Assembly (NCBI GenBank): GCA_029261035.1
Contig: JAJDCD010000008.1
Span: forward strand, 162,313-226,312
Source of the DNA: Candidatus Omnitrophota bacterium
GTDB taxonomy: Bacteria > Omnitrophota > Omnitrophia > Omnitrophales > JACROU01
DNA: 64,000 bases
Direction of reading: 5' to 3'
Shown: positions 38,382 to 48,241 of the stretch, piece by piece
How the letters are laid out: each line of letters begins with the position of its first letter
How positions within the stretch are numbered: position 1 is the first letter of the stretch
The notes under the pieces: generated by a model
The model's database searches: none
What the model saw: the letters and a program-made list of their open reading frames with translations, nothing else
What the model was told of the DNA's origin: nothing
Position numbers and translations under genes: made by a program

Positions 38382-38849
38382 TTATCTTTCTATCTTTAAG
38401 ACTTTATATTTGAGAGTTCCTGCGGGTATTTTAACTTGAACTTCATCCCCAACTTCTTTGTTTAAAAGAGCTTTTCCGACTGGAGAAATCATTGAGATTT
38501 TACCGTTTGCAAAATCCGCTTCTGCCTGAGAAACAAGATGGTAAAGTATTTTAGTGTCTTTACCGATGTCTTTCAAGGTAACTTTAGCACCTATCACAAT
38601 CTTCGAATTATCGATATCTTGATCATCTAAGATAACAACATGAGACAATTGGTCTGTTAACTCTGCAATTCTTTTTTCCAAATACCCTTGAGCTTCTTTA
38701 GCTGCATCATATTCTGCATTTTCTCTCAAATCACCTTTTTCGCGAGCAACAGCTATGGCTTCAATAATTTCTTTTCTTTTAGTTGTCCGCAAAAACTCCA
38801 ATTCTTTTTGCAGCTTTTCTAAACCTTCACGTGTTAAATGTGTAGACAT
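38382..38849 (-). CDS. greA: Transcription elongation factor GreA
   Basis: 155 aa. N-terminal coiled coil LTREGLEKLQKELEFL...GDLRENAEYDAAKE and a C-terminal FKBP-like domain. Confidence 0.9.
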   Translation of the reverse strand: MSTHLTREGLEKLQKELEFLRTTKRKEIIEAIAVAREKGDLRENAEYDAAKEAQGYLEKRIAELTDQLSHVVILDDQDIDNSKIVIGAKVTLKDIGKDTKILYHLVSQAEADFANGKISMISPVGKALLNKEVGDEVQVKIPAGTLKYKVLKIER

Positions 38850-38872
38850 ACCTTCATTCCCTCATAATTCCT

Positions 38873-39208
38873 TTAAGTTTTAACTAAAAAGTAGTACAAA
38901 ATATAGCAAACAGCGCATACGGTAAGTATATATAAAGTATAAAATTTAAAAAAATCTTGAATCCTTGACCAAACAGAATACCTCTTAGCACTTGCTTCTC
39001 TTGATAAATCTAACCGACTCTTTACAGTCATAACCTGATTACGATCAAATCGGAGGTATGTACCTCCAATTTTAAAAGCATTCAACTTGCCCTCCCGAAC
39101 AAGCTTCATTACTTCGTCATCATCAAGAGACAAATAATGTTTAACTTCTGAGATATTTAATAATTGTTCAGCCATGATATTCTTTTCTTTTATGGAATCG
39201 AAACACAA
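38873..39208 (-). CDS. Hypothetical HTH-like protein with a C-terminal TM anchor
   Basis: 111 aa (possibly starting at the internal MAEQLL). An excisionase/MerR-like helix (ISEVKHYLSLDDDEVMKLVREGKL) and a hydrophobic tail. Confidence 0.3.
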   Translation of the reverse strand: MCFDSIKEKNIMAEQLLNISEVKHYLSLDDDEVMKLVREGKLNAFKIGGTYLRFDRNQVMTVKSRLDLSREASAKRYSVWSRIQDFFKFYTLYILTVCAVCYILYYFLVKT

Positions 39209-39265
39209 AATTATTCTCTGCTAGAACACAATATGGTCCGACTATTCTATTAGAATATATGGTAA

Positions 39266-39817
39266 TTAAGAATTTACTTTTTCTTCTTGAATCCAACGTT
39301 CAATTTGAGAACGCTCGAACACCCAACCATCTTCTTCTAGGGTGGCAGGAATTTTCTTCTTACTTGCCCACTCTTCAACAACTTGCTCTTCCACTTCTAG
39401 AAAACCTGCTACATCTGCCACAGTCATATTATCAAAGTTAACTTCATTGGCTTTACTCGTACTCATAGCAACATTCCCATCTAGAATAGCCCCTTCTAAA
39501 CAACTGAAGATAGGAGCGCTAACATTTCCTTCAACACTTGCTGGAGCCGCCAAGGTTAAGCTGGTATATGCTGTGATATCTCCTGTTACTTTTCCTGCAA
39601 TGATAATTTTATCTCCTGTGATATTTGCTTTTACCTTTGCACTATCACCAATCGTTAAGATGCCACGCGTATCTAGTTTACCTTCAAAGGTTCCATTAAT
39701 TCTTAAGTTTACAGGATCTTTAAAAGTAATCGTACCTTGCATACTTGCATTTACATCAAGTATTTTTTCTTCAGATTCTTGATTATCCTTTTTTCTTGCC
39801 ATGGGAGGACCCTCCAT
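39266..39817 (-). CDS. Bactofilin (CcmA-like cytoskeletal protein)
   Basis: 183 aa. Beta-helical bactofilin repeat region (TFEGKLDTRGILTIGDSAKVKANITGDKIIIAGKVTGDITA...VEGNV). Confidence 0.7.
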   Translation of the reverse strand: MEGPPMARKKDNQESEEKILDVNASMQGTITFKDPVNLRINGTFEGKLDTRGILTIGDSAKVKANITGDKIIIAGKVTGDITAYTSLTLAAPASVEGNVSAPIFSCLEGAILDGNVAMSTSKANEVNFDNMTVADVAGFLEVEEQVVEEWASKKKIPATLEEDGWVFERSQIERWIQEEKVNS

Positions 39818-39958
39818 TAAGGTTGGTTTGGTTCAACATTGAAGATAATATCATATAACTGATCCCTATAATTGTAAAGACTGTAAAGGAATGCAATGAG
39901 TTACAGAAACCCTTACACACCTATAAATTCATAATTTAGAAGCTCTATCTAAGAAAAA

Positions 39959-41098
39959 TCAACTCCTCAACTGCTCAATCCAACCCGGAAGAACCTCTAA
40001 TAAATACTGAATATCCTCCTCTGTAGTCCCATACCCAAATGAAAACCTTACAGCAGAATTCAATCTCGCATCATCCAACTTCATCGCTTCTAACACATGA
40101 GAAGGATCCACCGATCCAGAAGTACATGCAGAACCACTTGATACATAAATATGGTGCCCATCTAAAAACATTAATGAGGCTTCCGTATCAACTCCCAAAA
40201 AACTCAAGTTAGAGGTATTTGACAGCCTCATGCCCTTATCCCCATTTATAACCACATCTGGAATATGCTTAAGAACAAATGATTCAAACCGCTCTTTAAG
40301 CTGTTTCATTCTTACTTCTTCGTTTACAATAGATTCTAAAGCTACCTCAATCGCTTTAGTAAAACCTACAATAGATGTTAAGTTCTCTGTTCCCGCCCGA
40401 TAATTACTTTCATGATGCCCCCCGACCAACAGAGGTTTTATCTTCTTTTTATCCTTAACCCATAAAGCGCCAACACCTTTAGGGCCTCCCGTTTTATGAG
40501 AGGAAATCGAAATGGATCCTGCATTTAAATGAGTAAAATCATAGTTCATTCTTCCTAAAACTTGCACAGCATCCACATGAAAAAAAATGCCCTTACTAGA
40601 CAACCAATCAGCCAAACCATGAATCGGTTGAATCACTCCAGTTTCGTTATTAGCCGCCATTACGCTCACTAACAATGTTTTGTCACTCACAACATTACGA
40701 ATACTTTCTTCAGACACAACCCCCTTGTCATCGGGATCAACCCAGATGACTTCAAACCCTTTACTCGCTAGTATCTCAGCAGGCCTTAATACAGAAAGGT
40801 GTTCAATTGAAGAAATTACAATTTGGTTCTTAAAACTGTCTTTATGATGAGCCATTCCCAACAAAGCGAGATTGTTCGCTTCTGTAGCAGAAGATGTAAA
40901 GATTAAATCACCCTCAGACTTCCCTATCAAACTCATTAATTTATTTCTTGAGTCATCTAAAGCAAAGCGTGCCTTCTGCCCCATTTGATGAAAGCTAGAT
41001 GGGTTGCCAAATTGTTCTTTGAGGAAAGGTTGGATAGCATCATAGACTTCAGGACGCATTGGTGAAGTAGCATTATAATCTAAATATATGGATTTCAT
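39959..41098 (-). CDS. Cysteine desulfurase (NifS/IscS family)
   Basis: 379 aa. PLP-lysine SISSHKTGGPKG and catalytic Cys loop SSGSACTSG. Confidence 0.85.
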   Translation of the reverse strand: MKSIYLDYNATSPMRPEVYDAIQPFLKEQFGNPSSFHQMGQKARFALDDSRNKLMSLIGKSEGDLIFTSSATEANNLALLGMAHHKDSFKNQIVISSIEHLSVLRPAEILASKGFEVIWVDPDDKGVVSEESIRNVVSDKTLLVSVMAANNETGVIQPIHGLADWLSSKGIFFHVDAVQVLGRMNYDFTHLNAGSISISSHKTGGPKGVGALWVKDKKKIKPLLVGGHHESNYRAGTENLTSIVGFTKAIEVALESIVNEEVRMKQLKERFESFVLKHIPDVVINGDKGMRLSNTSNLSFLGVDTEASLMFLDGHHIYVSSGSACTSGSVDPSHVLEAMKLDDARLNSAVRFSFGYGTTEEDIQYLLEVLPGWIEQLRS

Positions 41099-41104
41099 TG
41101 AAGG

Positions 41105-41443
41105 TTAACTCTTTTTTCTTTTATCTGATAGTTTCACACTTTGACTGATCCAACGCAAATACGATTCATCACCTTCACTCACATCTATCGCTAGAATCTC
41201 CGGAACGTCATAAGGATGAACTTGCTTCAAATACTTCATCAGTGCTTTCAATTTCGTCTGAGTTGTCTTTATGAACAAAAGAACTTCTGCAGAGCTCTCA
41301 ACTTTATTTTTCCACAAATAAAAGGATTGCCCCTTTGGAAAAGCATGAACACAGGCACATAAACGCTCCCTTAATAACTGCTTTGATACCTGCTCTGCTT
41401 TTTTCTGGTTAGGTAACGTGGAAAAGACGATTTTATACTTCAT
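41105..41443 (-). CDS. cutA: Divalent-cation tolerance protein CutA
   Basis: 112 aa. CVHAFPKGQSFYLWKNKV...HPYDVPEILAIDV is typical of CutA1. Confidence 0.75.
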   Translation of the reverse strand: MKYKIVFSTLPNQKKAEQVSKQLLRERLCACVHAFPKGQSFYLWKNKVESSAEVLLFIKTTQTKLKALMKYLKQVHPYDVPEILAIDVSEGDESYLRWISQSVKLSDKRKKS

Positions 41444-44243
41444 TTAATTTCTTTTTGTTAAGCATTTTAGCGAGAAATTGCCCCGTATACGAGCCTGCTG
41501 TTTGGGCAACTTTTTCAGGAGTCCCTTGAACCAAAAGCTTCCCGCCCTTATCTCCACCTTCAGGGCCTAAATCAATGACGTGATCCGCCATTTTAACCAC
41601 TTCCATGTTATGTTCGATAACAATAACAGTATTTCCAGACTCTCTTAATTCCAACAAAGCTTTTATTAGATGCGCTATATCTGCAAAATGCAGCCCTGTC
41701 GTTGGTTCATCCAACAAATAAAGAGTATTACCCGTTGATTTCTTTGATAACTCGCTAGCGAGTTTGATTCTCTGAGCTTCACCTCCAGATAAAGTCGTAG
41801 AGGACTGGCCCAGTTTTATATATCCCAACCCTATTTTTTCCAAAAGCTCCAATCGGTCTCTAATCATCGGTATAGCTTTAAAAAATGCTAAAGCCTCTGT
41901 AACCGACATAGCTAAAACTTCGGCTATGTTTTTACCCTTATAGGTAACTTGTAATGTTTGAGAGTTGTAACGATTTCCTACACATGTTTCACAAATAACA
42001 TACATATTAGGAAGAAAACTCATTTCTAATTTCTGAAAACCTTCCCCCTGACAATCTTCACATCGCCCACCTTTCAAATTAAAACTAAATCGACTTGCAG
42101 TAAAATTTCTTACTTTTGCTTCATTCGTATCCGCAAATAATTTACGAATAAATTGAAACAGATCTGTATACGTTGCTGGATTCGAACGGGGAGTTCTTCC
42201 AATAGGGGCTTGATCAATTTCGATCACTTTATCAATATGTTCTATACCTTCTATCTTTTTATACTTCCCAACAGGATAATGTGTTTTCCAAATATTATTA
42301 TGAATTGCTTTAAATAAAATATCATGAATCAATGTACTTTTTCCCGACCCAGAAACCCCCGTAACACATATAAAATGTCCTAAAGGAATTTTAACACTCG
42401 TATTTTTTAAATTATGCTCCTTAGCTCCCTTAATCGTAATAAAGTTTCTATTCCGTGTTGATTTTCTCTTTTTAGGTAAAGGAATCGTCAACTTTCCAGA
42501 CAAGTAATTACCGGTTAAAGAGGCTTCATGTTGGCACACTTCATCAATCGTTCCTTGAGCAATAACTTCACCCCCTTCTGTACCTGCCTTAGGACCCAAA
42601 TCCACAAGGTAATCTGCAGCTCTTATAGTTTCTTCATCATGCTCTACAACTACAATGGTATTCCGTAAATCACGTAAATGCTTTAAAGTAGAAAGTAAAC
42701 GATCATGGTCTCTTGGATGCAACCCAATGCTCGGCTCGTCCAAAACATACAGAACCCCGGTTAGACCAATTCCAATTTGAGCAGCTAACCGAATGCGTTG
42801 CAGCTCTCCTCCAGCCAACGTCGCCACAGAGCGATTTAAAGTTAAATAGCTTAACCCCACATTGTTTAAAAACTGAATACGATCTTTAATCTCTTTAAGA
42901 ATAGGCTCTGCAATCAACTGCTGAGCCCCTTCAAAAGATAATTCATCAAAAAACTCTTTTGCTAATTGAATCGACATAGAAGAAATTTCTTCAATATTTT
43001 TACCATTAATCTTAACAGCCAAACTTTCTTTCCTTAAACGACCTCCTTTACAATCATGACAGACATCCTCCACGATAAATTTTCTAATTTTATCTTTTAT
43101 TTTTTGAGAACCCGTTTTAAAAGAAAGTTCCTTTAACTCATCTAGCAGACCTGGAAAATCATCATTACCCCAAAAAAATGCATCTTGAACTTCTTGTTTC
43201 AACTCCTGAAACGGTTGATTCATGTCCGTTTTATAAAATTGCTTTATCTCCCAAACCAAATCTTGGATAAAGTAAGAATTAAAAGAGAAGAAAATATCTT
43301 CATTTAACCCTCCCTTCATTAAAGGCTTAGATGGGTCTGCAATTACAAGTTTGGAGACAATCTGAGAAATCCGTCCAATTCCTCGACATGTAGGGCATGC
43401 GCCGTAAGGACTATTAAAGGAAAACATATTAGGGTTCATTTCTCCATTACTAACACTAAATTCAGAATAGTTTTTAATATTAGAGAAAAAGAGCTCTTTA
43501 TCTTTACTTCCCTTCCTTTTTCTCACAGGCTCATAACGAACTAATGCGTTGCCCTTAGCAACTTCTAAGGCTAATTCCAAAGACTTTTGAATGCGCCCTC
43601 GAAACTGCTCTTTCACCATAAAAATATCGATCATAACATTAATATCATGGCGCTTGGTTTTGAGAAGTTTAATATCGTCTTCTAAAGAGCACATCTTTCC
43701 ATCAATTTTCATTTTGTTGAATCCACGTTTTTTTATCTCTTGAAGTTCTTTTTTAAATTCTCCTTTTCGACCTCGAACAATAGGTGCATAAAGCACAATT
43801 CGGGATCCCCTTGGAAACTTAAAAATCTGTTCAACCATTTCTTCAGGAGTTTCGCTCGCCAGAGGAGAATTGTCTTCATCAGAATAAACATCCCCTAATT
43901 TAGAAAAAAGTAATCTGAGAAAATCATACAACTCCGTCACGGTAGCCACAGTACTTCTTGGATTATGAGCAATGGAGCTTTGCTCAATGGAGATACTAGG
44001 GGAAAGACCAGAAATCTGATCTACTTCAGGTTTTTTTAATTTTTCAAGGAATTGTCGTGCATAGGAAGAAAAACATTCGATATATCTTCTTTGACCTTCA
44101 GCATAAATCGTATCAAAAGCAAGGGAAGACTTTCCTGATCCCGATAAGCCTGTAATCACAGTAATTTGATTTCGAGGAATATCCACATCTATATTTTTTA
44201 AATTATGTTCCCGCGCTCCACGCACTTGAATCATCGAAGACAT
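41433..44243 (-). CDS. uvrA: Excinuclease ABC subunit A
   Basis: 936 aa. Two ABC ATPase modules (GLSGSGKSSLAFDTIYAEGQRRY; GVSGSGKSTLIHDIL), zinc-finger Cys clusters, and LSGGE signatures. Confidence 0.95.
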   Translation of the reverse strand: MSSMIQVRGAREHNLKNIDVDIPRNQITVITGLSGSGKSSLAFDTIYAEGQRRYIECFSSYARQFLEKLKKPEVDQISGLSPSISIEQSSIAHNPRSTVATVTELYDFLRLLFSKLGDVYSDEDNSPLASETPEEMVEQIFKFPRGSRIVLYAPIVRGRKGEFKKELQEIKKRGFNKMKIDGKMCSLEDDIKLLKTKRHDINVMIDIFMVKEQFRGRIQKSLELALEVAKGNALVRYEPVRKRKGSKDKELFFSNIKNYSEFSVSNGEMNPNMFSFNSPYGACPTCRGIGRISQIVSKLVIADPSKPLMKGGLNEDIFFSFNSYFIQDLVWEIKQFYKTDMNQPFQELKQEVQDAFFWGNDDFPGLLDELKELSFKTGSQKIKDKIRKFIVEDVCHDCKGGRLRKESLAVKINGKNIEEISSMSIQLAKEFFDELSFEGAQQLIAEPILKEIKDRIQFLNNVGLSYLTLNRSVATLAGGELQRIRLAAQIGIGLTGVLYVLDEPSIGLHPRDHDRLLSTLKHLRDLRNTIVVVEHDEETIRAADYLVDLGPKAGTEGGEVIAQGTIDEVCQHEASLTGNYLSGKLTIPLPKKRKSTRNRNFITIKGAKEHNLKNTSVKIPLGHFICVTGVSGSGKSTLIHDILFKAIHNNIWKTHYPVGKYKKIEGIEHIDKVIEIDQAPIGRTPRSNPATYTDLFQFIRKLFADTNEAKVRNFTASRFSFNLKGGRCEDCQGEGFQKLEMSFLPNMYVICETCVGNRYNSQTLQVTYKGKNIAEVLAMSVTEALAFFKAIPMIRDRLELLEKIGLGYIKLGQSSTTLSGGEAQRIKLASELSKKSTGNTLYLLDEPTTGLHFADIAHLIKALLELRESGNTVIVIEHNMEVVKMADHVIDLGPEGGDKGGKLLVQGTPEKVAQTAGSYTGQFLAKMLNKKKLNEV

Positions 44244-44271
44244 ATTAACTCACAACTTTCTTAAAATAGGG

Positions 44272-45090
44272 CTATGTTCCAATTTTCATTTTAGAGAAAA
44301 TTTTATTTAATGTAGCTGCCAAAGAATACTGTGCCAAAGCACTCGTTTTAGGGTTATCTTTTGAGGGGACATTCTCTGTAAAGGTATTAATGCGTCCAAA
44401 CTTTCCTTCTGCTGTTATCTCATGAGAGTTCGCTGTAAACTCAGGAGAAGTCAATACTTTAACTTTAACTTGCTCAGGGCCTAGCGTTGCCAAAGAAAGA
44501 ACAGCTGCAACATTAACATTTTGAGGGAAAGCTTTAACTGCTTCAGTAGCTGTTCCTTCAAAAATCATTTGCTCTGTTTGAATAGAATCTAGGTCGATTC
44601 CCTTTTCTATTAAAAAAGGAGCTCCTCTTAACCCTTCAATAGGTTTCCTTGTTGTTAAAGTGATTCTTTCTATTCCTTCTTGCATAGCTGCATTCAATGC
44701 ATCAATACCCGCTACAGCTCCCGAGGGAACAAATACTTGCCCCACAGAATTAAATAACAAATCCTTTAAGGAAGGAACGTCTAAAATCCCACCCACACTC
44801 ATAACTAAAATAAGTTTTCCGCTTTGCAACGACTTCTCTAACAATTCTGGAACGCAAGAAACATGAGCGGCTTCAATAATTAAATCAACATCCTCTAAAT
44901 GCTCGTTCCAGCTAGAAATAACTTCAACGCCTTGAGTCAATTCTATTTTCAACTTATCTGCGGCATTTAAATTGATATCACAAACCCACTGAAGCTTAGC
45001 TTTATCACCATAGTCTCTTTCAACAAGTCGAGCGATGTAACTCCCAATAGAGCCACAACCCACTAAACCTATACGGACTATACCTGACAC
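44272..45090 (-). CDS. Aspartate dehydrogenase-like NAD(P)-binding protein (NadX/DUF108 family)
   Basis: 272 aa. N-terminal Rossmann fold IGLVGCGSIGSYIA and size fit L-aspartate dehydrogenase. It overlaps panD by 13 bp. Confidence 0.5.
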   Translation of the reverse strand: MSGIVRIGLVGCGSIGSYIARLVERDYGDKAKLQWVCDINLNAADKLKIELTQGVEVISSWNEHLEDVDLIIEAAHVSCVPELLEKSLQSGKLILVMSVGGILDVPSLKDLLFNSVGQVFVPSGAVAGIDALNAAMQEGIERITLTTRKPIEGLRGAPFLIEKGIDLDSIQTEQMIFEGTATEAVKAFPQNVNVAAVLSLATLGPEQVKVKVLTSPEFTANSHEITAEGKFGRINTFTENVPSKDNPKTSALAQYSLAATLNKIFSKMKIGT

Positions 45091-45461
45091 GAAACTGTCT
45101 CTTCTTCAGATATTTTCGTAATACGGTTCTTCTCATCCACTCGAACTACTTTTGGACGATGAGAATCTATTTCTTCTTTTGTAAGGAGAGCAAAAGAAAT
45201 AATAATAGCAATATCCCCTTCATTCGCATGATGAGCGGCCGCTCCATTCATACAAATGACACCAGAACCTCTAGGACCCGGAATGCAATAAGTTTCCAAA
45301 CGAGAACCATTCGTTACATTAGCAACCAAAACCTTTTCCCAGTGAGCCATACCAGAAGCATCCATCAGATCCTCATCAATAGTAATACTACCTTCATACT
45401 CTAGATTTGTTTCTGTAATGGTTACACGGTGAATTTTAGAATTTAGTAATTGACGTTGCAT
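45078..45461 (-). CDS. panD: Aspartate 1-decarboxylase proenzyme
   Basis: 127 aa. LNSKIHRVTITETNLEYEGSITIDEDLMDASG (Gly-Ser self-cleavage site) and GSGVICMNGAAA. Confidence 0.9.
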   Translation of the reverse strand: MQRQLLNSKIHRVTITETNLEYEGSITIDEDLMDASGMAHWEKVLVANVTNGSRLETYCIPGPRGSGVICMNGAAAHHANEGDIAIIISFALLTKEEIDSHRPKVVRVDEKNRITKISEEETVSCQV

Positions 45462-45485
45462 GGTTTAAACAACCTCCAAATTAAT

Positions 45486-46328
45486 TTATTTTTTTATTAC
45501 TCGGTTATCTATCAGTCTTGTTTTTCCTAAAGTACAAGCTATTCCAAGTAAAATATCTCCAGTCACTTGTTTTATATTTTCCAAACTTTCAAGATCTAAT
45601 ATTTCAACATACTGGATTTTATCGACTACAGGCTCCAAAGATTTCTGAATATCTTTCTTCAACTGAGCCACATTCGTTTCTCCAGAACGGATCAACTGTT
45701 CTGCATATTCTAATGCCAGATAGATCATAGGCGCTTTTGCTCTTTGTAATTCGCTCAAATAGGCATTTCTAGAGCTCATCGCCAAACCATCCATCTCACG
45801 GATCGTTGGCAAAACTTCTAAGGCTAGGGGCATATTCAGATCCTTAACCATACGCTTCAAAATCACAGCTTGCTGATAATCCTTTTGCCCAAAATAGGCT
45901 TTTGTAGGCCGAACTAAATTAAATAATTTTGCAACAACAGTACAAACCCCATCAAAATGCCCTGCGCGAAACTGCCCACATAATCGCAGCCCTAACTTCC
46001 CTGCCTTTACTTCAGTCTGAAATCCTTTAGGATACATTTCAGTCACTTTTGGTAAAAAAAGAATATCTGCCTTTTCTTTCTTTAACAAACGTTCATCTTG
46101 AGCTAAGGTTCGCGGATATTTTTTAAAATCTTCTTTAGGACCAAATTGAGTTGGATTTACAAAAACACTAACAACAACTCGCTTATTCTTTTTTCTGGCA
46201 GTACGGACCAACGACAAGTGCCCTTCATGCAAAGCCCCCATTGTTGGGACAAAACCAATAGAGTGTGATTGTTTAGCTTGTCTCAAAGACCATGCTGTCA
46301 TTTCACTCAAAGAAACAATTTTTTTCAT
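45486..46328 (-). CDS. panC: Pantoate--beta-alanine ligase
   Basis: 280 aa. HIGH-like motif PTMGALHEGHLSLV. Confidence 0.85.
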   Translation of the reverse strand: MKKIVSLSEMTAWSLRQAKQSHSIGFVPTMGALHEGHLSLVRTARKKNKRVVVSVFVNPTQFGPKEDFKKYPRTLAQDERLLKKEKADILFLPKVTEMYPKGFQTEVKAGKLGLRLCGQFRAGHFDGVCTVVAKLFNLVRPTKAYFGQKDYQQAVILKRMVKDLNMPLALEVLPTIREMDGLAMSSRNAYLSELQRAKAPMIYLALEYAEQLIRSGETNVAQLKKDIQKSLEPVVDKIQYVEILDLESLENIKQVTGDILLGIACTLGKTRLIDNRVIKK

Positions 46329-46852
46329 TACACAGTCACTGGGGATTCAACGTTTTCTTTTTGCTTTTGAATAAATTCTTGAAGCTGAACATCCCCTAAC
46401 AAATCAATCAACAACTCCTGTACTGATTTCTTTGTTTTTGGATGAACCCAATCTTCATTGCATTCGTGCAAAGGTTTTAAAACAAATTCTCTCTGCTCAA
46501 TTCGAGGATGAGGTAACATCAACTCATCTTCCTCAATAACCTCTTCGTCATAGCAAAGCAAATCCAAATCTAAAGTCCTCGGTCCATTTTTCTCGACTCG
46601 TTTTCTGCCCAAACCCAATTCAATTCTCTGCAAATGACTTAATAACTCGAAGGCGCTAACTTCAGATTCCACCACCCAAACAGCATTCAAGTAAAGTCCT
46701 TGAGCAGGACCTCCATGAGGAAGAGTTTCGTAAATTGAAGACTCTTTCTTCCACGTTACACCAGGTATAGCCTTTATCTGATCTCTCGCTTTTTGAATGT
46801 ATTGCAGTCGATCCCCTAAATTAGAACCAACACCAATATAAGCTGTGGACAT
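46328..46852 (-). CDS. folK: 2-amino-4-hydroxy-6-hydroxymethyldihydropteridine pyrophosphokinase (HPPK)
   Basis: 174 aa. AYIGVGSNLGD N-terminus and RTLDLDLL. Confidence 0.85.
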   Translation of the reverse strand: MSTAYIGVGSNLGDRLQYIQKARDQIKAIPGVTWKKESSIYETLPHGGPAQGLYLNAVWVVESEVSAFELLSHLQRIELGLGRKRVEKNGPRTLDLDLLCYDEEVIEEDELMLPHPRIEQREFVLKPLHECNEDWVHPKTKKSVQELLIDLLGDVQLQEFIQKQKENVESPVTV

Positions 46853-46876
46853 AAGCAGCTTCCCTCATCTATATTT

Positions 46877-48049
46877 CTATTTTAAATTTTTAATACGCTC
46901 TACTGCTTCCTGCAACTTCTCTTTAGCCACCGTAACAGAAAAACGAATAAAACCTTCCCCATTCGGTCCAAATCCGTTTCCTGGGGTAACAACAATACCT
47001 GCATCTTTAAGTAACTTTGTTGTTAGCTCTGCACTGGTATAACCTGATGGAACTTTAGTCCAAATATAAAATGTTGCTTTAGGTTTATTAACTTTCCAGC
47101 CTATACTTTCAAGACCATCAACTAAAATATCTCTTCTTTCTTGATAAATATCAATATTATCTTGGACTGCTTGGTCACCCTCTTTCAAGGCTGTTGTTGC
47201 TGCTACTTGAATCGCCTGAAAAATTCCAGAATCACAATTCGCCTTCACCTTAGCAAGCAATTTCAAGATTTCTGGATTTCCAACAGCAAAACCAACACGC
47301 CATCCTGTCATATTGTATGTCTTAGAAAGAGAATGAAATTCAATCCCTACTTCTTTAGCACCTTTTGCTTGTAAAAAGCTAACAGGTTTATATCCATCAT
47401 AAGCCATTTCGGTATACGCCGCATCCTGAGCCACAATAATGTCATGCTCTTTCGCAAACTGAACAACCTCTTCATAAAACTCAAGAGTGGCACATGCCGC
47501 GGTTGGATTATTTGGGTAATTTAAAAACATCAATTTCGCTTGCTTCAATGCTGCAGGATCTATTGCTGAAAAATCAGGTAAAAAACCTTTTTCTTCAACC
47601 AAAGGAATCGTACTTGTTTCTGCTCCTGCAAAATAAGAAGCTGAATGATAAACTGGGTAACCAGGATCCGGAACTAACACAACATCTCCAGGGTTTACAA
47701 CAGCCAATGGGAGATGAGCAATTCCCTCTTTAGAACCAATCAAAGGTAATATCTCATTTTGAGTATCTACAGAAACACCAAAACGTCTTTGAAACCAAGA
47801 TGCAATTTCTTCTCTAAAGGAAGGCATCCCTGCATCAAGAGCATAACGATGATTCTTTGGGTCCTTAGCACCCTCATAAAGAGAATCAATAATAAAGTTA
47901 GGTGTTGGAATATCAGGGTCTCCCACGCCAAGATCAATAATATCAACACCCTGATCTCTAGCCTCTCTCTTAAGACGGTCAATCTCTGCAAATAAATAAG
48001 GGGGCAATTTCTTAATTCTGTCTGCTGCTTCAATAGTCAAAGTGGTCAT
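46877..48049 (-). CDS. Class-I aminotransferase, LL-diaminopimelate aminotransferase (DapL)-like
   Basis: 390 aa. N-terminus KLPPYLFAEIDRLKRE...IIDLGVGDPD and PLP-lysine region SLSKTYNMTGWRVGF. Confidence 0.55.
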   Translation of the reverse strand: MTTLTIEAADRIKKLPPYLFAEIDRLKREARDQGVDIIDLGVGDPDIPTPNFIIDSLYEGAKDPKNHRYALDAGMPSFREEIASWFQRRFGVSVDTQNEILPLIGSKEGIAHLPLAVVNPGDVVLVPDPGYPVYHSASYFAGAETSTIPLVEEKGFLPDFSAIDPAALKQAKLMFLNYPNNPTAACATLEFYEEVVQFAKEHDIIVAQDAAYTEMAYDGYKPVSFLQAKGAKEVGIEFHSLSKTYNMTGWRVGFAVGNPEILKLLAKVKANCDSGIFQAIQVAATTALKEGDQAVQDNIDIYQERRDILVDGLESIGWKVNKPKATFYIWTKVPSGYTSAELTTKLLKDAGIVVTPGNGFGPNGEGFIRFSVTVAKEKLQEAVERIKNLK

Positions 48050-48241
48050 CCTCTTTCCTTTCCTTTATATATAGGTATAGTAATAACAGTGATAGAGCTA
48101 AATTGACCGGTTATATTAACAAAAAGCAGGCTCTAAAGCAAGGCAACAGAAAACAGAAATCAGAATTCAAAAGACAGAACTCTATCCCATACAATAAGTT
48201 ACAAGAATTACTCAAAATTTCTATAGGAAATAAACTGAAAA

